IMG/VR virus record: IMGVR_UViG_2713896776_000002 | Length of the DNA stretch: 44,739 nucleotides | Direction: 5' to 3' (one strand) | Source: a virus | Lineage: Duplodnaviria > Heunggongvirae > Uroviricota > Caudoviricetes | In this document: positions 27,981 through 38,129 of the stretch, in pieces | How positions within the stretch are numbered: position 1 is the stretch's first letter | Layout of the letters: every line of letters begins with the position of its first letter | Notes under the pieces: generated by a model | Seen by the model: only the letters and a program-made list of their open reading frames with translations | Told to the model about the DNA's origin: nothing | The model's database searches: none | Program-made: the position numbers and the translations under genes

Positions 27981-28344
27981 GCTGGCTATCTCTGCATTCT
28001 TCTTTACTGTCATCGGTTCTTTCATCTGGTCTGCCAACCACTACTACAGCAAATATCAGCACGAAAAGAAACGTGCTGATGAGGCTGTACGAAATGCTGA
28101 ATCTGCAACAGCCATTACCCGTAACGTCCTGCAATCACTGCAAATCGTCAATACAGTTATAGAGGTTAACCAGCATGCAAAACAGCAGATCGCACTGGAG
28201 TCACAGAGAACCCAGAAAGATATCAAAGTGGCTGTTGCGGATGATGATTGTGCTGCACGCCTTGTGCCTGCTGCCGCTGCTGAGCGGTTGCGGAAGTACG
28301 CGGACAGTTTACGTGAGCACTCCGGCTACAACATTACCGACTAG
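27964..28344 (+). CDS. Rz: Rz-like inner-membrane spanin (i-spanin)
   Basis: 126 aa; N-terminal TM helix (LAISAFFFTVIGSFIWSA) then charged coiled-coil; follows the endolysin. Confidence 0.6.
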   Translation: MKLSYKLAISAFFFTVIGSFIWSANHYYSKYQHEKKRADEAVRNAESATAITRNVLQSLQIVNTVIEVNQHAKQQIALESQRTQKDIKVAVADDDCAARLVPAAAAERLRKYADSLREHSGYNITD

Positions 28345-28498
28345 TCTGACTTCTGAAACACCTGTACCGTTCATACCAAATCCTCTGACGTATGGTGCCA
28401 GCCTGGAGCTGAATGTGAGTCTGTTGTCTGCACTGGCTAACTGCAATCGGGATAAAGCTGATATTCGTAAAATAGATGCAGAGAGAACTAACCATTAA
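28241..28498 (+). CDS. Rz1: Rz1-like outer-membrane lipoprotein spanin (o-spanin), overlapping Rz in another frame
   Basis: Starts inside Rz and extends 154 nt past it; lipobox LLSGC; proline-rich mature region. Confidence 0.5.
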   Translation: MMIVLHALCLLPLLSGCGSTRTVYVSTPATTLPTSLTSETPVPFIPNPLTYGASLELNVSLLSALANCNRDKADIRKIDAERTNH

Positions 28499-28519
28499 GC
28501 AATAAAATTGTCAAATTGA

Positions 28520-29146
28520 TCAGTTGTCAAATGAATATACGTTAAAGGTATATGTCGACATAATTTCACCAAGTACCTCAATACATATACTTTTTTTATG
28601 AAAATTACTGGGAAATGAACTTAGCTCTTCAAGGTATTGCACATAAGTGCTGATATCACTTGCATCACGTTCAAGGAATTTCACTTGGCCAATAGAAGGA
28701 GTATTAATCCTGGTTCTTTGCTGGATTATATGGATAAAATGTGTAGTTGGTGAAACTATTACTCTTGAAATATCGGAAATGATGTCTTCTTGAACTTGCC
28801 GATAAAGTAAATCCTTTGGGTAATGGTGTTTGATCTCGATGGTTGCAACATTGCCATTATGTTCAGACGTTAATATCGACTGGTTATAAAGTGATATGTC
28901 AACAGCGCCGATACCGAGTTTTGGATGCTCACTTAAAGCAGTTAGTGTGCTGATTTGATTGAGAATAACAACTAACTCATCACGTATTTGAGTTTCATGT
29001 TTGCGATTGTAGAAGTAGCAATTCAGTTCATTTAACTTTTTATGCATCCTATCGTGACTAATTGCTTCGATCAGTAAATCCTGAATCATACTTTTCTCTA
29101 GGTAATCCGAACGGTTGTAAGTGACAGTATTGTGCTGGCATGTCAT
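28520..29146 (-). CDS. Hypothetical moron protein (possible D...E-x-K nuclease-like motif)
   Basis: 208 aa, AT-rich, opposite strand to the late operon; GIGAVDISLY ... VATIEIKHH is compatible with a PD-(D/E)xK core. Speculative. Confidence 0.4.
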   Translation of the reverse strand: MTCQHNTVTYNRSDYLEKSMIQDLLIEAISHDRMHKKLNELNCYFYNRKHETQIRDELVVILNQISTLTALSEHPKLGIGAVDISLYNQSILTSEHNGNVATIEIKHHYPKDLLYRQVQEDIISDISRVIVSPTTHFIHIIQQRTRINTPSIGQVKFLERDASDISTYVQYLEELSSFPSNFHKKSICIEVLGEIMSTYTFNVYSFDN

Positions 29147-29189
29147 TAGTATGTAAAGGTATTGTGAATGCCAGCAAGATAACGAAGTA

Positions 29190-29543
29190 TCATCGATAGA
29201 AAAACTTTACGGCCCACTCGTAAACCGCTTTGTAAATCGGTTCATGGTAAATACTATCGATACTATTCAGATGTGCGATCATCGCCTCCACAGTTGTAGT
29301 GGTTGTTTCTAATATTTCGATTATTGCAGGGCGGTCATCATCTTCATCGAAGTATTCGAACAGCAGTACAGGTTTACCATGCCATTCAGCATCTGAGACT
29401 CTAAGGTTACAACTACCGCTCAACTCAAAGTGAATTTTGTAATTACCTTCTACAGAATGGCCTACGGGGAAAAAGCATAGGGTGTCATCTTTGTTTAAAA
29501 GCCATTCCCATTCATAACTATTCATTTGTGAACTCCTGTTCAT
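29190..29543 (-). CDS. Hypothetical acidic moron protein, upstream partner of the 208-aa gene
   Basis: 117-aa ORF co-directional with 28520-29146, 43-bp gap; no known motif. Confidence 0.35.
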   Translation of the reverse strand: MNRSSQMNSYEWEWLLNKDDTLCFFPVGHSVEGNYKIHFELSGSCNLRVSDAEWHGKPVLLFEYFDEDDDRPAIIEILETTTTTVEAMIAHLNSIDSIYHEPIYKAVYEWAVKFFYR

Positions 29544-29675
29544 TGAGTTTCAACAACTATCAACTACATCCAGCGAAGCATAAAAGATCGTTTATGGCAA
29601 AACCGGAGTGGAGTGCGATTCGATTCTGAGAAGGATGCCACGTATCGCACGCGAACCATCCAAGAGGATTATGCA

Positions 29676-30026
29676 ATGCCACCACGAACCCCAAAAGCCT
29701 GCCGCGTTCGCGGCTGCCCCCATACCACCACTGACTCGTCAGGCTATTGCGAAAGCCACAAAAGCGAAGGCTGGAAGCAATACAAGCCAGGCCAGTCCCG
29801 TCATCAGCGCGGCTACGGTTCGAAGTGGGACTGTATCCGCGCGCGTGTCCTGAAGCGTGACAAAGGCCTGTGTCAGTTATGTCTGCGTGCTGGTGTGGTG
29901 CGTGAGGCGAAAACCGTTGACCACATCATCTCTAAAGCGCGTGGCGGCACTGATGCCGACAGTAATCTACAGAGCCTGTGTTGGCCGTGTCATAAGGCGA
30001 AGACGGCCCGTGAATGGCTGAAGTAA
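29676..30026 (+). CDS. HNH endonuclease (terminase-associated)
   Basis: ORF 29613-30026; ATG 29676 after AAGAGGA RBS; Cys/His HNH motif region (CQLCLRAG ... VDHIISKARGG ... NLQSLCWPCHKAKT); adjacent to terS. Confidence 0.8.
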   Translation: MPPRTPKACRVRGCPHTTTDSSGYCESHKSEGWKQYKPGQSRHQRGYGSKWDCIRARVLKRDKGLCQLCLRAGVVREAKTVDHIISKARGGTDADSNLQSLCWPCHKAKTAREWLK

Positions 30027-30052
30027 GAACCAGTTTCCACTGCCAGAGGGGA

Positions 30053-30112
30053 GGGGCGGGTCAAATCCCTGTGACCTGACGTCTTCCGGACTGCCCGCCC
30101 CATCGTTTTTTT
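30053..30112 (+). terminator. GC-rich hairpin plus T-run between HNH and terS (terminator or cos-associated structure)
   Basis: GGGGCGGG (30053-30060) pairs with CCCGCCCC (30094-30101), followed by atcgTTTTTTT. Confidence 0.35.
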
Positions 30113-30151
30113 ATACCCGCGAAAAATGAAATTTAACCAGGAGTGCCGCAT

Positions 30152-30646
30152 ATGGCTGGAACGGCGGGGCGTTCCGGGCGTCGCCCCAAGCCAACGGCGC
30201 GCAAGGCGCTGGCCGGAAACCCCGGCAAGCGAGCCCTGAACAAAGATGAACCTGTTTTTACGCCCATCAAAGGTGTTGAGCCACCGGAGTGGTTCGCAGA
30301 AGAAGATCTCCCTCTCGCCACGATCATGTGGCAACTGACAACCAAAGAACTCTGCGGTCAGGGCCTGCTGTGCGTGACTGACCTGGCGGTACTTGAGCGG
30401 TGGTGCGTGGCCTATGAGTTCTGGCGACGTGCCGTGAAAAATATTGCCAGCCAGGGCAACACCATCACCGGTGCAATGGGCGGCAGGGTCAAAAACCCGG
30501 AGCTGACCGCCAAGAAAGAACAGGAGTCCGAGATGAGCAGCACGGGGGCAATGCTCGGACTCGACCCCAGCAGCCGCCAGCGTCTGATAGGCCTGGCGGG
30601 GCAGAAGAAAGCCACTAACCCGTTTCTGAAAATCATCGAATCATGA
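30152..30646 (+). CDS. Terminase small subunit
   Basis: ORF 30143-30646; ATG 30152 after CAGGAG RBS; basic N-terminus; stop overlaps the terL start. Confidence 0.65.
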   Translation: MAGTAGRSGRRPKPTARKALAGNPGKRALNKDEPVFTPIKGVEPPEWFAEEDLPLATIMWQLTTKELCGQGLLCVTDLAVLERWCVAYEFWRRAVKNIASQGNTITGAMGGRVKNPELTAKKEQESEMSSTGAMLGLDPSSRQRLIGLAGQKKATNPFLKIIES

Positions 30647-32376
30647 GCCGGAAATCTTACCCCAACGTAAATGCTGCCAATCAGTATGCCCGTGATGTCG
30701 TGCGGGGAAAGATTGTGGCCTGCCAGTTTGTGATTCAGGCCTGCCAGCGCCATCTTGATGACCTGATGGCGGAAAAAAGTAAGTCGTTTCGTTACCGCTT
30801 CGACAAGGACCTGGCTGAACGGGCCGCCAAATTTATTCAGCTGTTGCCGCACACCAAGGGTGAGTGGGCATTTAAGAGGATGCCCATCACGCTGGAGCCG
30901 TGGCAGCTCTTTGTGATCTGCTGCGCGTTTGGCTGGGTCAATAAAGGCTCCCGGCTGCGCCGCTTCCGTGAGGTGTATACCGAAATCCCCCGTAAGAACG
31001 GCAAATCGGCAATCTCTGCCGGTGTCGCCCTGTATTGTTTTGCCTGTGATAACGAGTTTGGCGCGGAAGTGTATTCCGGTGCCACGACAGAGAAACAGGC
31101 GTGGGAAGTCTTTCGCCCGGCGCGACTGATGTGTAAACGCACACCCATGCTGACGGAAGCGTTCGGGATTGAGGTTAACGCCTCAAACATGAACCGTCCG
31201 GAGGATGGCGCGCGGTTTGAACCGCTGATCGGTAACCCCGGTGATGGATCATCACCCCACTGTGCGGTGGTGGATGAATATCACGAGCACGCCACCGATG
31301 CGCTTTACACCACGATGCTTACCGGGATGGGGGCGCGACGTCAGCCACTGATGTGGGCCATTACTACTGCCGGGTACAACATTGAGGGGCCGTGCTACGA
31401 CAAACGGCGGGAAGTTATCGAGATGCTCAACGGTTCGGTACCCAACGATGAACTGTTCGGGATCATCTATACCGTTGACGAAGGTGACGACTGGACCAAC
31501 CCACAGGTGCTGGAAAAAGCCAACCCGAATATCGGGGTGTCGGTTTACCGTGAGTTTTTGTTAAGTCAGCAACAGCGTGCGAAAAATAACGCCCGTCTGG
31601 CAAACGTCTTTAAAACAAAACACCTCAATATCTGGGTGTCGGCGCGTTCGGCGTATTTCAACCTGGTGAGCTGGCAGAGCTGCGAGGATAAATCACTGAC
31701 TCTTGAGCAATTCGAGGGGCAGCCGTGCATTCTGGCCTTTGACCTGGCGCGTAAACTGGATATGAACAGCATGGCGCGACTTTATACCCGCGAGATTGAC
31801 GGTAAAACGCATTACTACAGTGTGGCCCCGCGTTTCTGGGTACCGTATGACACGGTGTACAGCGTCGAGAAAAATGAAGATCGCCGGACAGCCGAACGCT
31901 TTCAGAAATGGGTGGAAATGGGCGTCCTGACCGTTACCGATGGTGCAGAGGTGGATTATCGCTACATCCTCGAAGAGGCCAAAGCGGCGAACAAAATCAG
32001 CCCGGTCAGCGAGTCACCCATCGACCCCTTCGGGGCGACCGGGCTGTCACATGACCTTGCTGATGAAGACCTGAATCCCGTCACTATCTTCCAGAACTTC
32101 ACCAATATGTCCGATCCGATGAAAGAGCTGGAAGCAGCGATTGAATCGGGACGTTTTCATCATGACGGCAATCCCATCATGACCTGGTGTATCGGCAACG
32201 TGGTCGGCAAAAACATGCCGGGTAACGATGATGTGGTGAAACCCGTCAAAGAGCAGGCGGAAAACAAAATTGACGGTGCAGTTGCGCTGATTATGGCGGT
32301 TGGCAGAGCCATGCTGTACGAGAAAGAAGACACGCTGTCTGATCACATTGAGTCCTACGGGATCCGCTCGCTTTAA
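30643..32376 (+). CDS. Terminase large subunit
   Basis: 577 aa; ATPase motifs (EIPRKNGKS Walker A-like, CAVVDEYHE Walker B-like) and C-terminal nuclease region; upstream of portal. Confidence 0.9.
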   Translation: MSRKSYPNVNAANQYARDVVRGKIVACQFVIQACQRHLDDLMAEKSKSFRYRFDKDLAERAAKFIQLLPHTKGEWAFKRMPITLEPWQLFVICCAFGWVNKGSRLRRFREVYTEIPRKNGKSAISAGVALYCFACDNEFGAEVYSGATTEKQAWEVFRPARLMCKRTPMLTEAFGIEVNASNMNRPEDGARFEPLIGNPGDGSSPHCAVVDEYHEHATDALYTTMLTGMGARRQPLMWAITTAGYNIEGPCYDKRREVIEMLNGSVPNDELFGIIYTVDEGDDWTNPQVLEKANPNIGVSVYREFLLSQQQRAKNNARLANVFKTKHLNIWVSARSAYFNLVSWQSCEDKSLTLEQFEGQPCILAFDLARKLDMNSMARLYTREIDGKTHYYSVAPRFWVPYDTVYSVEKNEDRRTAERFQKWVEMGVLTVTDGAEVDYRYILEEAKAANKISPVSESPIDPFGATGLSHDLADEDLNPVTIFQNFTNMSDPMKELEAAIESGRFHHDGNPIMTWCIGNVVGKNMPGNDDVVKPVKEQAENKIDGAVALIMAVGRAMLYEKEDTLSDHIESYGIRSL

Positions 32377-32387
32377 CTGAGGTAATT

Positions 32388-32570
32388 ATGATCATGCTGA
32401 TTCTCGCGCCTCTGGTGGGCGTGCTGGGGGTGCTTTTGCTGGCGTATGGTGCCTGGCTGATTTATCCCCCTGCGGGGTTTGTTGTTGCCGGGGCGTTGTG
32501 CCTGTTCTGGTCGTGGCTGGTGGCGCGATATCTCGACCGTACACAGCTGTCTGTTGGTGGAGGTAAATAG
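32388..32570 (+). CDS. Small hydrophobic protein (60 aa) between terL and portal
   Basis: Two hydrophobic stretches; tight fit between neighbours; may be spurious. Confidence 0.3.
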   Translation: MIMLILAPLVGVLGVLLLAYGAWLIYPPAGFVVAGALCLFWSWLVARYLDRTQLSVGGGK

Positions 32571-33811
32571 TGTTCTTTTCGGGATTATTTCAACGAAAAA
32601 GTGACACACCGGTGACCACGCCAGCAGAGCTGGCGGATGCTATCGGGCTGTCATACGACACCTATACCGGAAAGCAGATCAGCAGCCAGCGGGCCATGCG
32701 ACTGACGGCGGTTTTTTCCTGCGTCAGGGTGCTGGCAGAGTCGGTCGGGATGTTGCCCTGCAATCTGTATCACCTGAACGGCAGCCTGAAGCAGAGAGCC
32801 ACTGGCGAACGTCTGCATAAGCTGATCTCCACGCATCCCAATGGCTATATGACGCCGCAGGAGTTCTGGGAGTTGGTGGTCACCTGTCTGTGCCTGCGGG
32901 GAAACTTTTACGCCTACAAAGTGAAAGCATTTGGCGAAGTGGCTGAACTGCTGCCCGTCGATCCCGGCTGTGTGGTACCGAAGCTTAACAGTAGCTGGGA
33001 GCCGATCTATCAGGTCACATTCCCGGATGGCTCCACGGATGTACTGAGCCAGGAGGATATCTGGCATGTGCGTACGCTGACGCTGGACGGACTGGTGGGG
33101 CTGAATCCCATCGCCTATGCCCGCGAGGCAATATCGCTGGCAGCTGCGACCGAAGAGCACGGGGCCAGACTGTTCAGCAATGGCGCGGTGACGTCGGGTG
33201 TGTTGCGTACAGAGCAGACGCTGTCAGATCAGGCTTATGAGCGCCTGAAGAAAGATTTTGAGGAGCGTCACACCGGGCTTGGCAATGCTCACCGCCCGAT
33301 GATCCTTGAGATGGGGCTGGACTGGAAGTCGATGGCGCTGAACGCCGAGGACAGCCAGTTCCTGGAAACCCGCAAGTTTCAGCTTGAAGAAATCTGTCGT
33401 CTGTTCCGTGTGCCATTGCACATGGTGCAGAACACCGATCGTGCCACCTTCAACAATATCGAAGAACTGGGGCTGGGATTTATCAACTATTCACTGGTGC
33501 CGTATCTGACCCGCATTGAGCAGCGGATCAACACCGGACTGGTACGAAAAAGTAAGCAGGGCGTTTATTACGCCAAATTTAACGCCGGGGCGTTACTGCG
33601 CGGGGATATGAAGTCCCGTTTTGAAGCCTACGCCACCGGGATTAACTGGGGAATTTACTCTCCCAATGACTGCCGCGACCTGGAAGATATGAATCCGCGT
33701 CCCGGTGGTGATGTCTATCTCACACCGATGAACATGACCACGAAACCCTCCGATGGCAGTAAAGCCGGTAAGCAGAAGGATAACGCCAATGCAGACGAAA
33801 CAACGTCTTGA
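32570..33811 (+). CDS. Portal protein (HK97 family)
   Basis: 413 aa; GTG start after GGTGGAGG RBS; position and size between terL and prohead protease. Confidence 0.85.
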   Translation: MFFSGLFQRKSDTPVTTPAELADAIGLSYDTYTGKQISSQRAMRLTAVFSCVRVLAESVGMLPCNLYHLNGSLKQRATGERLHKLISTHPNGYMTPQEFWELVVTCLCLRGNFYAYKVKAFGEVAELLPVDPGCVVPKLNSSWEPIYQVTFPDGSTDVLSQEDIWHVRTLTLDGLVGLNPIAYAREAISLAAATEEHGARLFSNGAVTSGVLRTEQTLSDQAYERLKKDFEERHTGLGNAHRPMILEMGLDWKSMALNAEDSQFLETRKFQLEEICRLFRVPLHMVQNTDRATFNNIEELGLGFINYSLVPYLTRIEQRINTGLVRKSKQGVYYAKFNAGALLRGDMKSRFEAYATGINWGIYSPNDCRDLEDMNPRPGGDVYLTPMNMTTKPSDGSKAGKQKDNANADETTS

Positions 33812-34439
33812 TGTACCGCTGAGTCTGAAATCTGTCAGTGACTCCGGTGAGTTTGAAGGGTATGGCTCCGTCTTTGGTGTAAAGGACAGCCACGATGATG
33901 TGGTGATGTCCGGGGCATTTGCTGCTTCCCTGCGGGCGTGGAGTGACAGAAAAGCGTTACCTGCGCTGCTCTGGCAGCACCGCATGGATGAACCCATCGG
34001 TGTTTACACCGAAATGAAGGAAGACGATGTCGGGCTTTACGTCAGGGGACGGTTGCTTATTGATGATGATCCCCTCGCAAAACGCGCACATGCACACATG
34101 AAGGCCGGTTCGTTAACCGGCCTTTCTATTGGGTACGTCCTGAAAGACTGGGAATACGACCGGAGCAAAGAAGCCTTTCTGCTGAAAGAAATCGACCTCT
34201 GGGAAGTCAGCCTGGTGACGTTCCCGTCTAACGACGAGGCGCGGATCAGCGACGTCAAGAACGCACTGGCCCGCGGGGAAATCCCCGAACAGAAAAAAAT
34301 CGAAAGAGTCCTGCGTGATGTCGGACTCTCCCGTACCCAGGCCAAAGCATTCATGGCCGGGGGCTATGGCGCACTGTCCCTGCGCGACGCTGAGGATGTG
34401 GGCTCTGCACTGAATGCACTGAAAAATCTGAACTTCTAA
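33789..34439 (+). CDS. Prohead protease (HK97 family, S78)
   Basis: ORF 33753-34439; start placed at MQTKQRLDVPL; motif GYGSVFGVKDSHDDVVMSGAF. Confidence 0.8.
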   Translation: MQTKQRLDVPLSLKSVSDSGEFEGYGSVFGVKDSHDDVVMSGAFAASLRAWSDRKALPALLWQHRMDEPIGVYTEMKEDDVGLYVRGRLLIDDDPLAKRAHAHMKAGSLTGLSIGYVLKDWEYDRSKEAFLLKEIDLWEVSLVTFPSNDEARISDVKNALARGEIPEQKKIERVLRDVGLSRTQAKAFMAGGYGALSLRDAEDVGSALNALKNLNF

Positions 34440-34453
34440 TCAGGAGAAATACG

Positions 34454-35659
34454 ATGGCGGTTGATATTAAAGATGTCGAACAGGTCGCGCAGGAGCTGCA
34501 GCAGAAGTTTGACGACTTCAAAGCAAAGAACGACAAGCGCGTGGATGCGATTGAGCAGGAAAAAGGCAAGCTTGCCGGGCAGGTGGAAACCCTGAACGGG
34601 AAACTCAGCGAGCTGGAAAATCTCAAAAGCGACCTTGAAAAAGAGCTGCTTGAGCTGAAACGTCCGGCTGGTGGAGCGCAAAATAAACTGGCCACCGAGC
34701 ATAAAGAGGCGTTTGTGGGCTTCCTGCGTAAAGGCCGTGAAGACGGTCTGCGCGATCTGGAGCGTAAGGCATTGCAGGTGGGTACCGATGAAGACGGTGG
34801 CTACGCCGTGCCGGAAGAACTGGATCGCAACATTCTTAACCTGCTGAAAGATGAAGTGGTGATGCGTCAGGAAGCCACGGTGATCACCGTTGGCGGTTCC
34901 GACTACAAAAAACTGGTGAATCTGGGCGGTACGGCTTCCGGATGGGTGGGGGAAACGGATACGCGATCCCAGACTGCCACCTCCAGACTGGAGCTGATTG
35001 AACCTCTCATGGGGGAAATTTACGGCAACCCGCAGGCTACCCAGAAAATGCTGGACGATGCCTTCTTCAACGTGGAGGCCTGGATCAACAGCGAGCTGGC
35101 AACCGAATTTGCCGAACAGGAAGAAATTGCCTTTACCTCAGGCGATGGCACCAAGAAGCCGAAAGGGTTCCTGGCGTATGAATCCACTGATGAAACCGAT
35201 AAGGTTCGTGCGTTCGGTAAACTTCAGCATATTGTATCCGGTGAAGCGACGACGGTGACCGCAGACGCCATTATCAAACTGATTTACACGCTGCGTAAGG
35301 CACACCGCACTGGCGCGAAGTTCATGATGAACAACAACAGCCTGTTTGCCATCCGTCTGCTGAAAGACAGCGAGGGTAACTATCTGTGGCGTCCGGGGCT
35401 GGAACTGGGGCAGCCGTCCTCTCTGGCGGGTTACGGTATCGCTGAAAACGAACAGATGCCGGATATCGCTGCTGATGCGAAAGCCATTGCATTTGGTAAC
35501 TTCAAACGGGGTTACACCATCGTTGACCGTATCGGCACCCGCATTCTGCGTGACCCGTACACCAATAAACCGTTTGTCGGTTTTTATACCACCAAGCGCA
35601 CCGGCGGGATGCTGGTCGATTCGCAGGCCATCAAACTGCTGAAGATTGCAGCGGCGTAA
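34454..35659 (+). CDS. Major capsid protein (HK97 fold) with N-terminal coiled-coil delta domain
   Basis: 401 aa; coiled-coil-rich N-terminus; follows the protease. Confidence 0.85.
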   Translation: MAVDIKDVEQVAQELQQKFDDFKAKNDKRVDAIEQEKGKLAGQVETLNGKLSELENLKSDLEKELLELKRPAGGAQNKLATEHKEAFVGFLRKGREDGLRDLERKALQVGTDEDGGYAVPEELDRNILNLLKDEVVMRQEATVITVGGSDYKKLVNLGGTASGWVGETDTRSQTATSRLELIEPLMGEIYGNPQATQKMLDDAFFNVEAWINSELATEFAEQEEIAFTSGDGTKKPKGFLAYESTDETDKVRAFGKLQHIVSGEATTVTADAIIKLIYTLRKAHRTGAKFMMNNNSLFAIRLLKDSEGNYLWRPGLELGQPSSLAGYGIAENEQMPDIAADAKAIAFGNFKRGYTIVDRIGTRILRDPYTNKPFVGFYTTKRTGGMLVDSQAIKLLKIAAA

Positions 35660-35666
35660 TCACTCA

Positions 35667-35686
35667 GGGGCGCGGAACCGCGCCCC
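35667..35686 (+). terminator. Strong GC hairpin immediately after the capsid gene (attenuator/terminator candidate)
   Basis: GGGGCGCGG-aac-CCGCGCCCC perfect stem 8 nt after the stop; weak U-tract. Confidence 0.4.
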
Positions 35687-35708
35687 CTGTTCTGACGGGT
35701 GAAGAATC

Positions 35709-35909
35709 ATGATCCTGAAACAAGATCTGAAATGGTCACCGGACGGTATGCGTGTTGAGGTCATTCGGGCCGGTGAGTATGACGACGGGGCGCTTCCTGC
35801 CCGGGTGCAGGAGATTGCACTTCAGGCCGGGTTAGCAGAGCGCGGAATCAGTGCAAAAAGCAGTAAAGCGGCAAAAGAGAAAAAAGCCACGACCAGTAAA
35901 GAGGGCTGA
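35709..35909 (+). CDS. Small hypothetical head-module protein
   Basis: 66-aa ORF between capsid and connector genes. Confidence 0.35.
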   Translation: MILKQDLKWSPDGMRVEVIRAGEYDDGALPARVQEIALQAGLAERGISAKSSKAAKEKKATTSKEG

Positions 35910-35911
35910 GT

Positions 35912-36235
35912 ATGCTTCTGACAATGGAAGAGATTAAAGCCCAACTCCGGCTGGATGAGGATTTCGATACTGATGACCGCCATCTGCAACTGCTGGCCTG
36001 TGCGGCACAAAAGCGGACGGAAACGTATCTGAACCGGAAGCTCTATGCACCGGATGAAACCATTCCGGACAGCGATCCGGACGGGCTGCACCTGCCGGAT
36101 GATATTCGTCTGGGGATGCTGATGCTTATCAGCCATTTTTACGAAAACCGCTCGTCGGTTACTGAAGTGGAGAAACTCGACATGCCGCAGAGTTTTGGCT
36201 GGCTTGTCGGCCCGTACAGGTACTTTCCGCAATGA
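35912..36235 (+). CDS. Head-tail connector protein (gp6-like)
   Basis: 107 aa; N-terminus MEEIKAQLRLDEDFDTDD...LQ typical of phage gp6-like head-tail connectors. Confidence 0.6.
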   Translation: MLLTMEEIKAQLRLDEDFDTDDRHLQLLACAAQKRTETYLNRKLYAPDETIPDSDPDGLHLPDDIRLGMLMLISHFYENRSSVTEVEKLDMPQSFGWLVGPYRYFPQ

Positions 36236-36642
36236 AAATTCGTCAGGCGCAGACCAGCGCAACCTACATTCTGCCGGACCCCGGTGAACTGAATAAACGC
36301 GTCCTGATCCGCCAGCGGGTGGATATGCCCGCGGATAACTTTGGCGTGGAGCCTCAATACCCGGTTACGTTCCGGACATGGGCGAAGGTTATCCAGACCA
36401 GTGCCACCACCTGGCAGGAAACCGCGCAGACCGGGGACGCCATCACCCATTACATCACCATTCGTTACCGCCGGGGGATCACTGCTGATTATGAGGTGGT
36501 CTGTGATGACAGTGTGTACCGGGTGAAACGTCAGCGTGATCTGAACGGGGCGCGGCGCTTTCTGCTGCTGGAGTGTACGGAGCTGGGCGAATGTAGGCAG
36601 AGTCACGGAGGCAGCAATGGCGACTCCCTTTTTTCACGTTGA
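36232..36642 (+). CDS. Head-tail adaptor / head-closure protein
   Basis: 136-aa ORF in the conserved position; overlaps neighbours. Confidence 0.5.
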   Translation: MKIRQAQTSATYILPDPGELNKRVLIRQRVDMPADNFGVEPQYPVTFRTWAKVIQTSATTWQETAQTGDAITHYITIRYRRGITADYEVVCDDSVYRVKRQRDLNGARRFLLLECTELGECRQSHGGSNGDSLFSR

Positions 36643-36988
36643 TGTTCAGCAGCCCGCCGAGATGCGCTTTAACCGCGCCCGTGTCCGGCGGGCGTTTGTC
36701 ACGATTGGGCAGCGTCATATGCGTGATGCCCGTCGGCTGGTGATGCGCCGTGCGCGGTCGGTACCAGGTGAAAACCCCGGTTATCAGACCGGACGCCTGG
36801 CTCGTTCGATTGGTTATATGGTGCCGAGAGCCAGTAAAAAGCGAGCCGGTTTTATGACACGCATTGCCCCTAACCAGCGCAACGGGAAGGGGAACCGGAT
36901 GATCTCTGGTGACTTCTATCCGGCATTTCTGTTTTTTGGTGTCCGGGGAGGAGCAAAACGTCGTCGTAGTCATCATCGTGGTGCATGA
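36617..36988 (+). CDS. HK97 gp10-like tail-assembly protein
   Basis: 123-aa ORF; N-terminal region resembles the HK97 gp10 family. From memory. Confidence 0.45.
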   Translation: MATPFFHVDVQQPAEMRFNRARVRRAFVTIGQRHMRDARRLVMRRARSVPGENPGYQTGRLARSIGYMVPRASKKRAGFMTRIAPNQRNGKGNRMISGDFYPAFLFFGVRGGAKRRRSHHRGA

Positions 36989-37125
36989 TTAGACATGAGA
37001 TAAATACAGGGTTATCCGTGAGATAATTGTGGGACTATGGGGGAAGATGTTGGAAAAGGTTGGATGGGAATTTGTAAAACAGTTTCCATATACGTAACGG
37101 GAGGGCACGCCTCCCGCGCAGTCAA

Positions 37126-37470
37126 TTATTTCTGGTCGTAAAGCCACCCCATCAAATTTTCAGCATATTTTTTTACTTCATCTGCTGACAACTTCTCGTC
37201 CGTTTTTAAAGAGAGCGAGGCAAGCTCCAGACAGCGAAGTTTCGTATCCACAATGTTAGCTGTTGCGCCGGGAGTATCGCTCCCTGCTATAAGTGACAGG
37301 CGGCGACGTTCAGCATAGCGATGCACTGATGATTTTGAAACCGGGTATCCCAACGAGTTTAACCACTCAGTAAGCTGAACGTAGCCGCTGAATGAACTTT
37401 CCGTCAGCTTTTTATTCAGTTTCTTCTTGATAGAGTCGGGTAACTGATTAACCGTCTGAGGTCGTGCCAT
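37126..37470 (-). CDS. HTH-type DNA-binding protein (DUF3486-like)
   Basis: 114 aa; ...SFSGYVQLTEWLNSLGYPVSKSSVHRYAERRR... pattern; opposite strand within the structural region. Confidence 0.4.
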   Translation of the reverse strand: MARPQTVNQLPDSIKKKLNKKLTESSFSGYVQLTEWLNSLGYPVSKSSVHRYAERRRLSLIAGSDTPGATANIVDTKLRCLELASLSLKTDEKLSADEVKKYAENLMGWLYDQK

Positions 37471-37659
37471 ATTGAGATTTACCTTACTTTGAATAGTCAG
37501 GTAAACATGTTTAATCAGAACGATGAAATTTGTTTCTAATGCGCTTTAATCATAACGACATGCCAGGATATCGCAGGAATTTAAGCCGTCAGTGCCACCT
37601 TAAATTTAGCCTTAACACTCAGCCAGCTTCAAAAATGAATGGCCGGTAGAGCGGCGAGG

Positions 37660-37704
37660 CAGACTTAAAATGTTAAAGGCCACCGGGGGTGAGCCGGTGG
37701 CCTT
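37660..37704 (-). terminator. Rho-independent terminator downstream of the minus-strand mini-ORF
   Basis: 11-bp perfect stem AAGGCCACCGG/CCGGTGGCCTT; on the minus strand followed by UUUAACAUUUUAAGUC. Confidence 0.5.
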
Positions 37705-37723
37705 ACTTACGTTTCCCGGTTGC

Positions 37724-37807
37724 TTACGGTAAGCAGGCCAGAATCAGCTCAATAAAGGCGACAATTGCCTTAAGAGCGATGACAGCGATTTGAAGAAATC
37801 CCTTCAT
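37724..37807 (-). CDS. 27-aa hydrophobic peptide, type I toxin-like (TisB/DinQ-like): MKGFLQIAVIALKAIVAFIELILACLP
   Basis: ATG with GGAG-containing RBS; single amphipathic helix with one Lys and one Glu; resembles TisB as recalled; terminator 20 nt downstream. Confidence 0.35.
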   Translation of the reverse strand: MKGFLQIAVIALKAIVAFIELILACLP

Positions 37808-37880
37808 CCGTTTGCTCCACTACAGGAGCGCGGCATCACCATTAAAGCCCTTCCACTGCCTGGTTAACGGTGTTGCATTG

Positions 37881-37912
37881 TTAGTGGATGCGTGACGCGC
37901 TCTGGTTGAGGC
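37881..37912. repeat. Left arm of a 32-bp perfect inverted repeat
   Basis: ttagtggatgcgtgacgcgctctggttgaggc; exact reverse complement at 38130-38161. Confidence 0.85.
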
Positions 37913-38052
37913 ACTGGAGCGGCACCACCCGTAATCCAGCCAGGGCTTGAACACGTTTCACATGCCTGCGTTGTGTCAGAACGGGACACCCACTAACGCT
38001 GTGATTATAAAGGCATCAGCAGTGTATTCAAAGGACTGGAGTAAATAACGGA

Positions 38053-38090
38053 CAAAAAAAGCCCGACTGGTGAGGTCAGGCTTTTTTCTT
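38053..38090. terminator. Bidirectional Rho-independent terminator between the inverted-repeat arms
   Basis: A7 - hairpin (gcccgac/gtcaggc, one mismatch) - T6. Confidence 0.5.
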
Positions 38091-38129
38091 TGGGTGCTTA
38101 AGGTGATGAATCTCTGTTCAAGGTAATGA

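Noticed and set aside
36479-36976. 165-aa minus-strand ORF across the adaptor and gp10-like genes
   Set aside because: Antisense to the co-directional structural genes; His/Pro/Arg-rich artefact.
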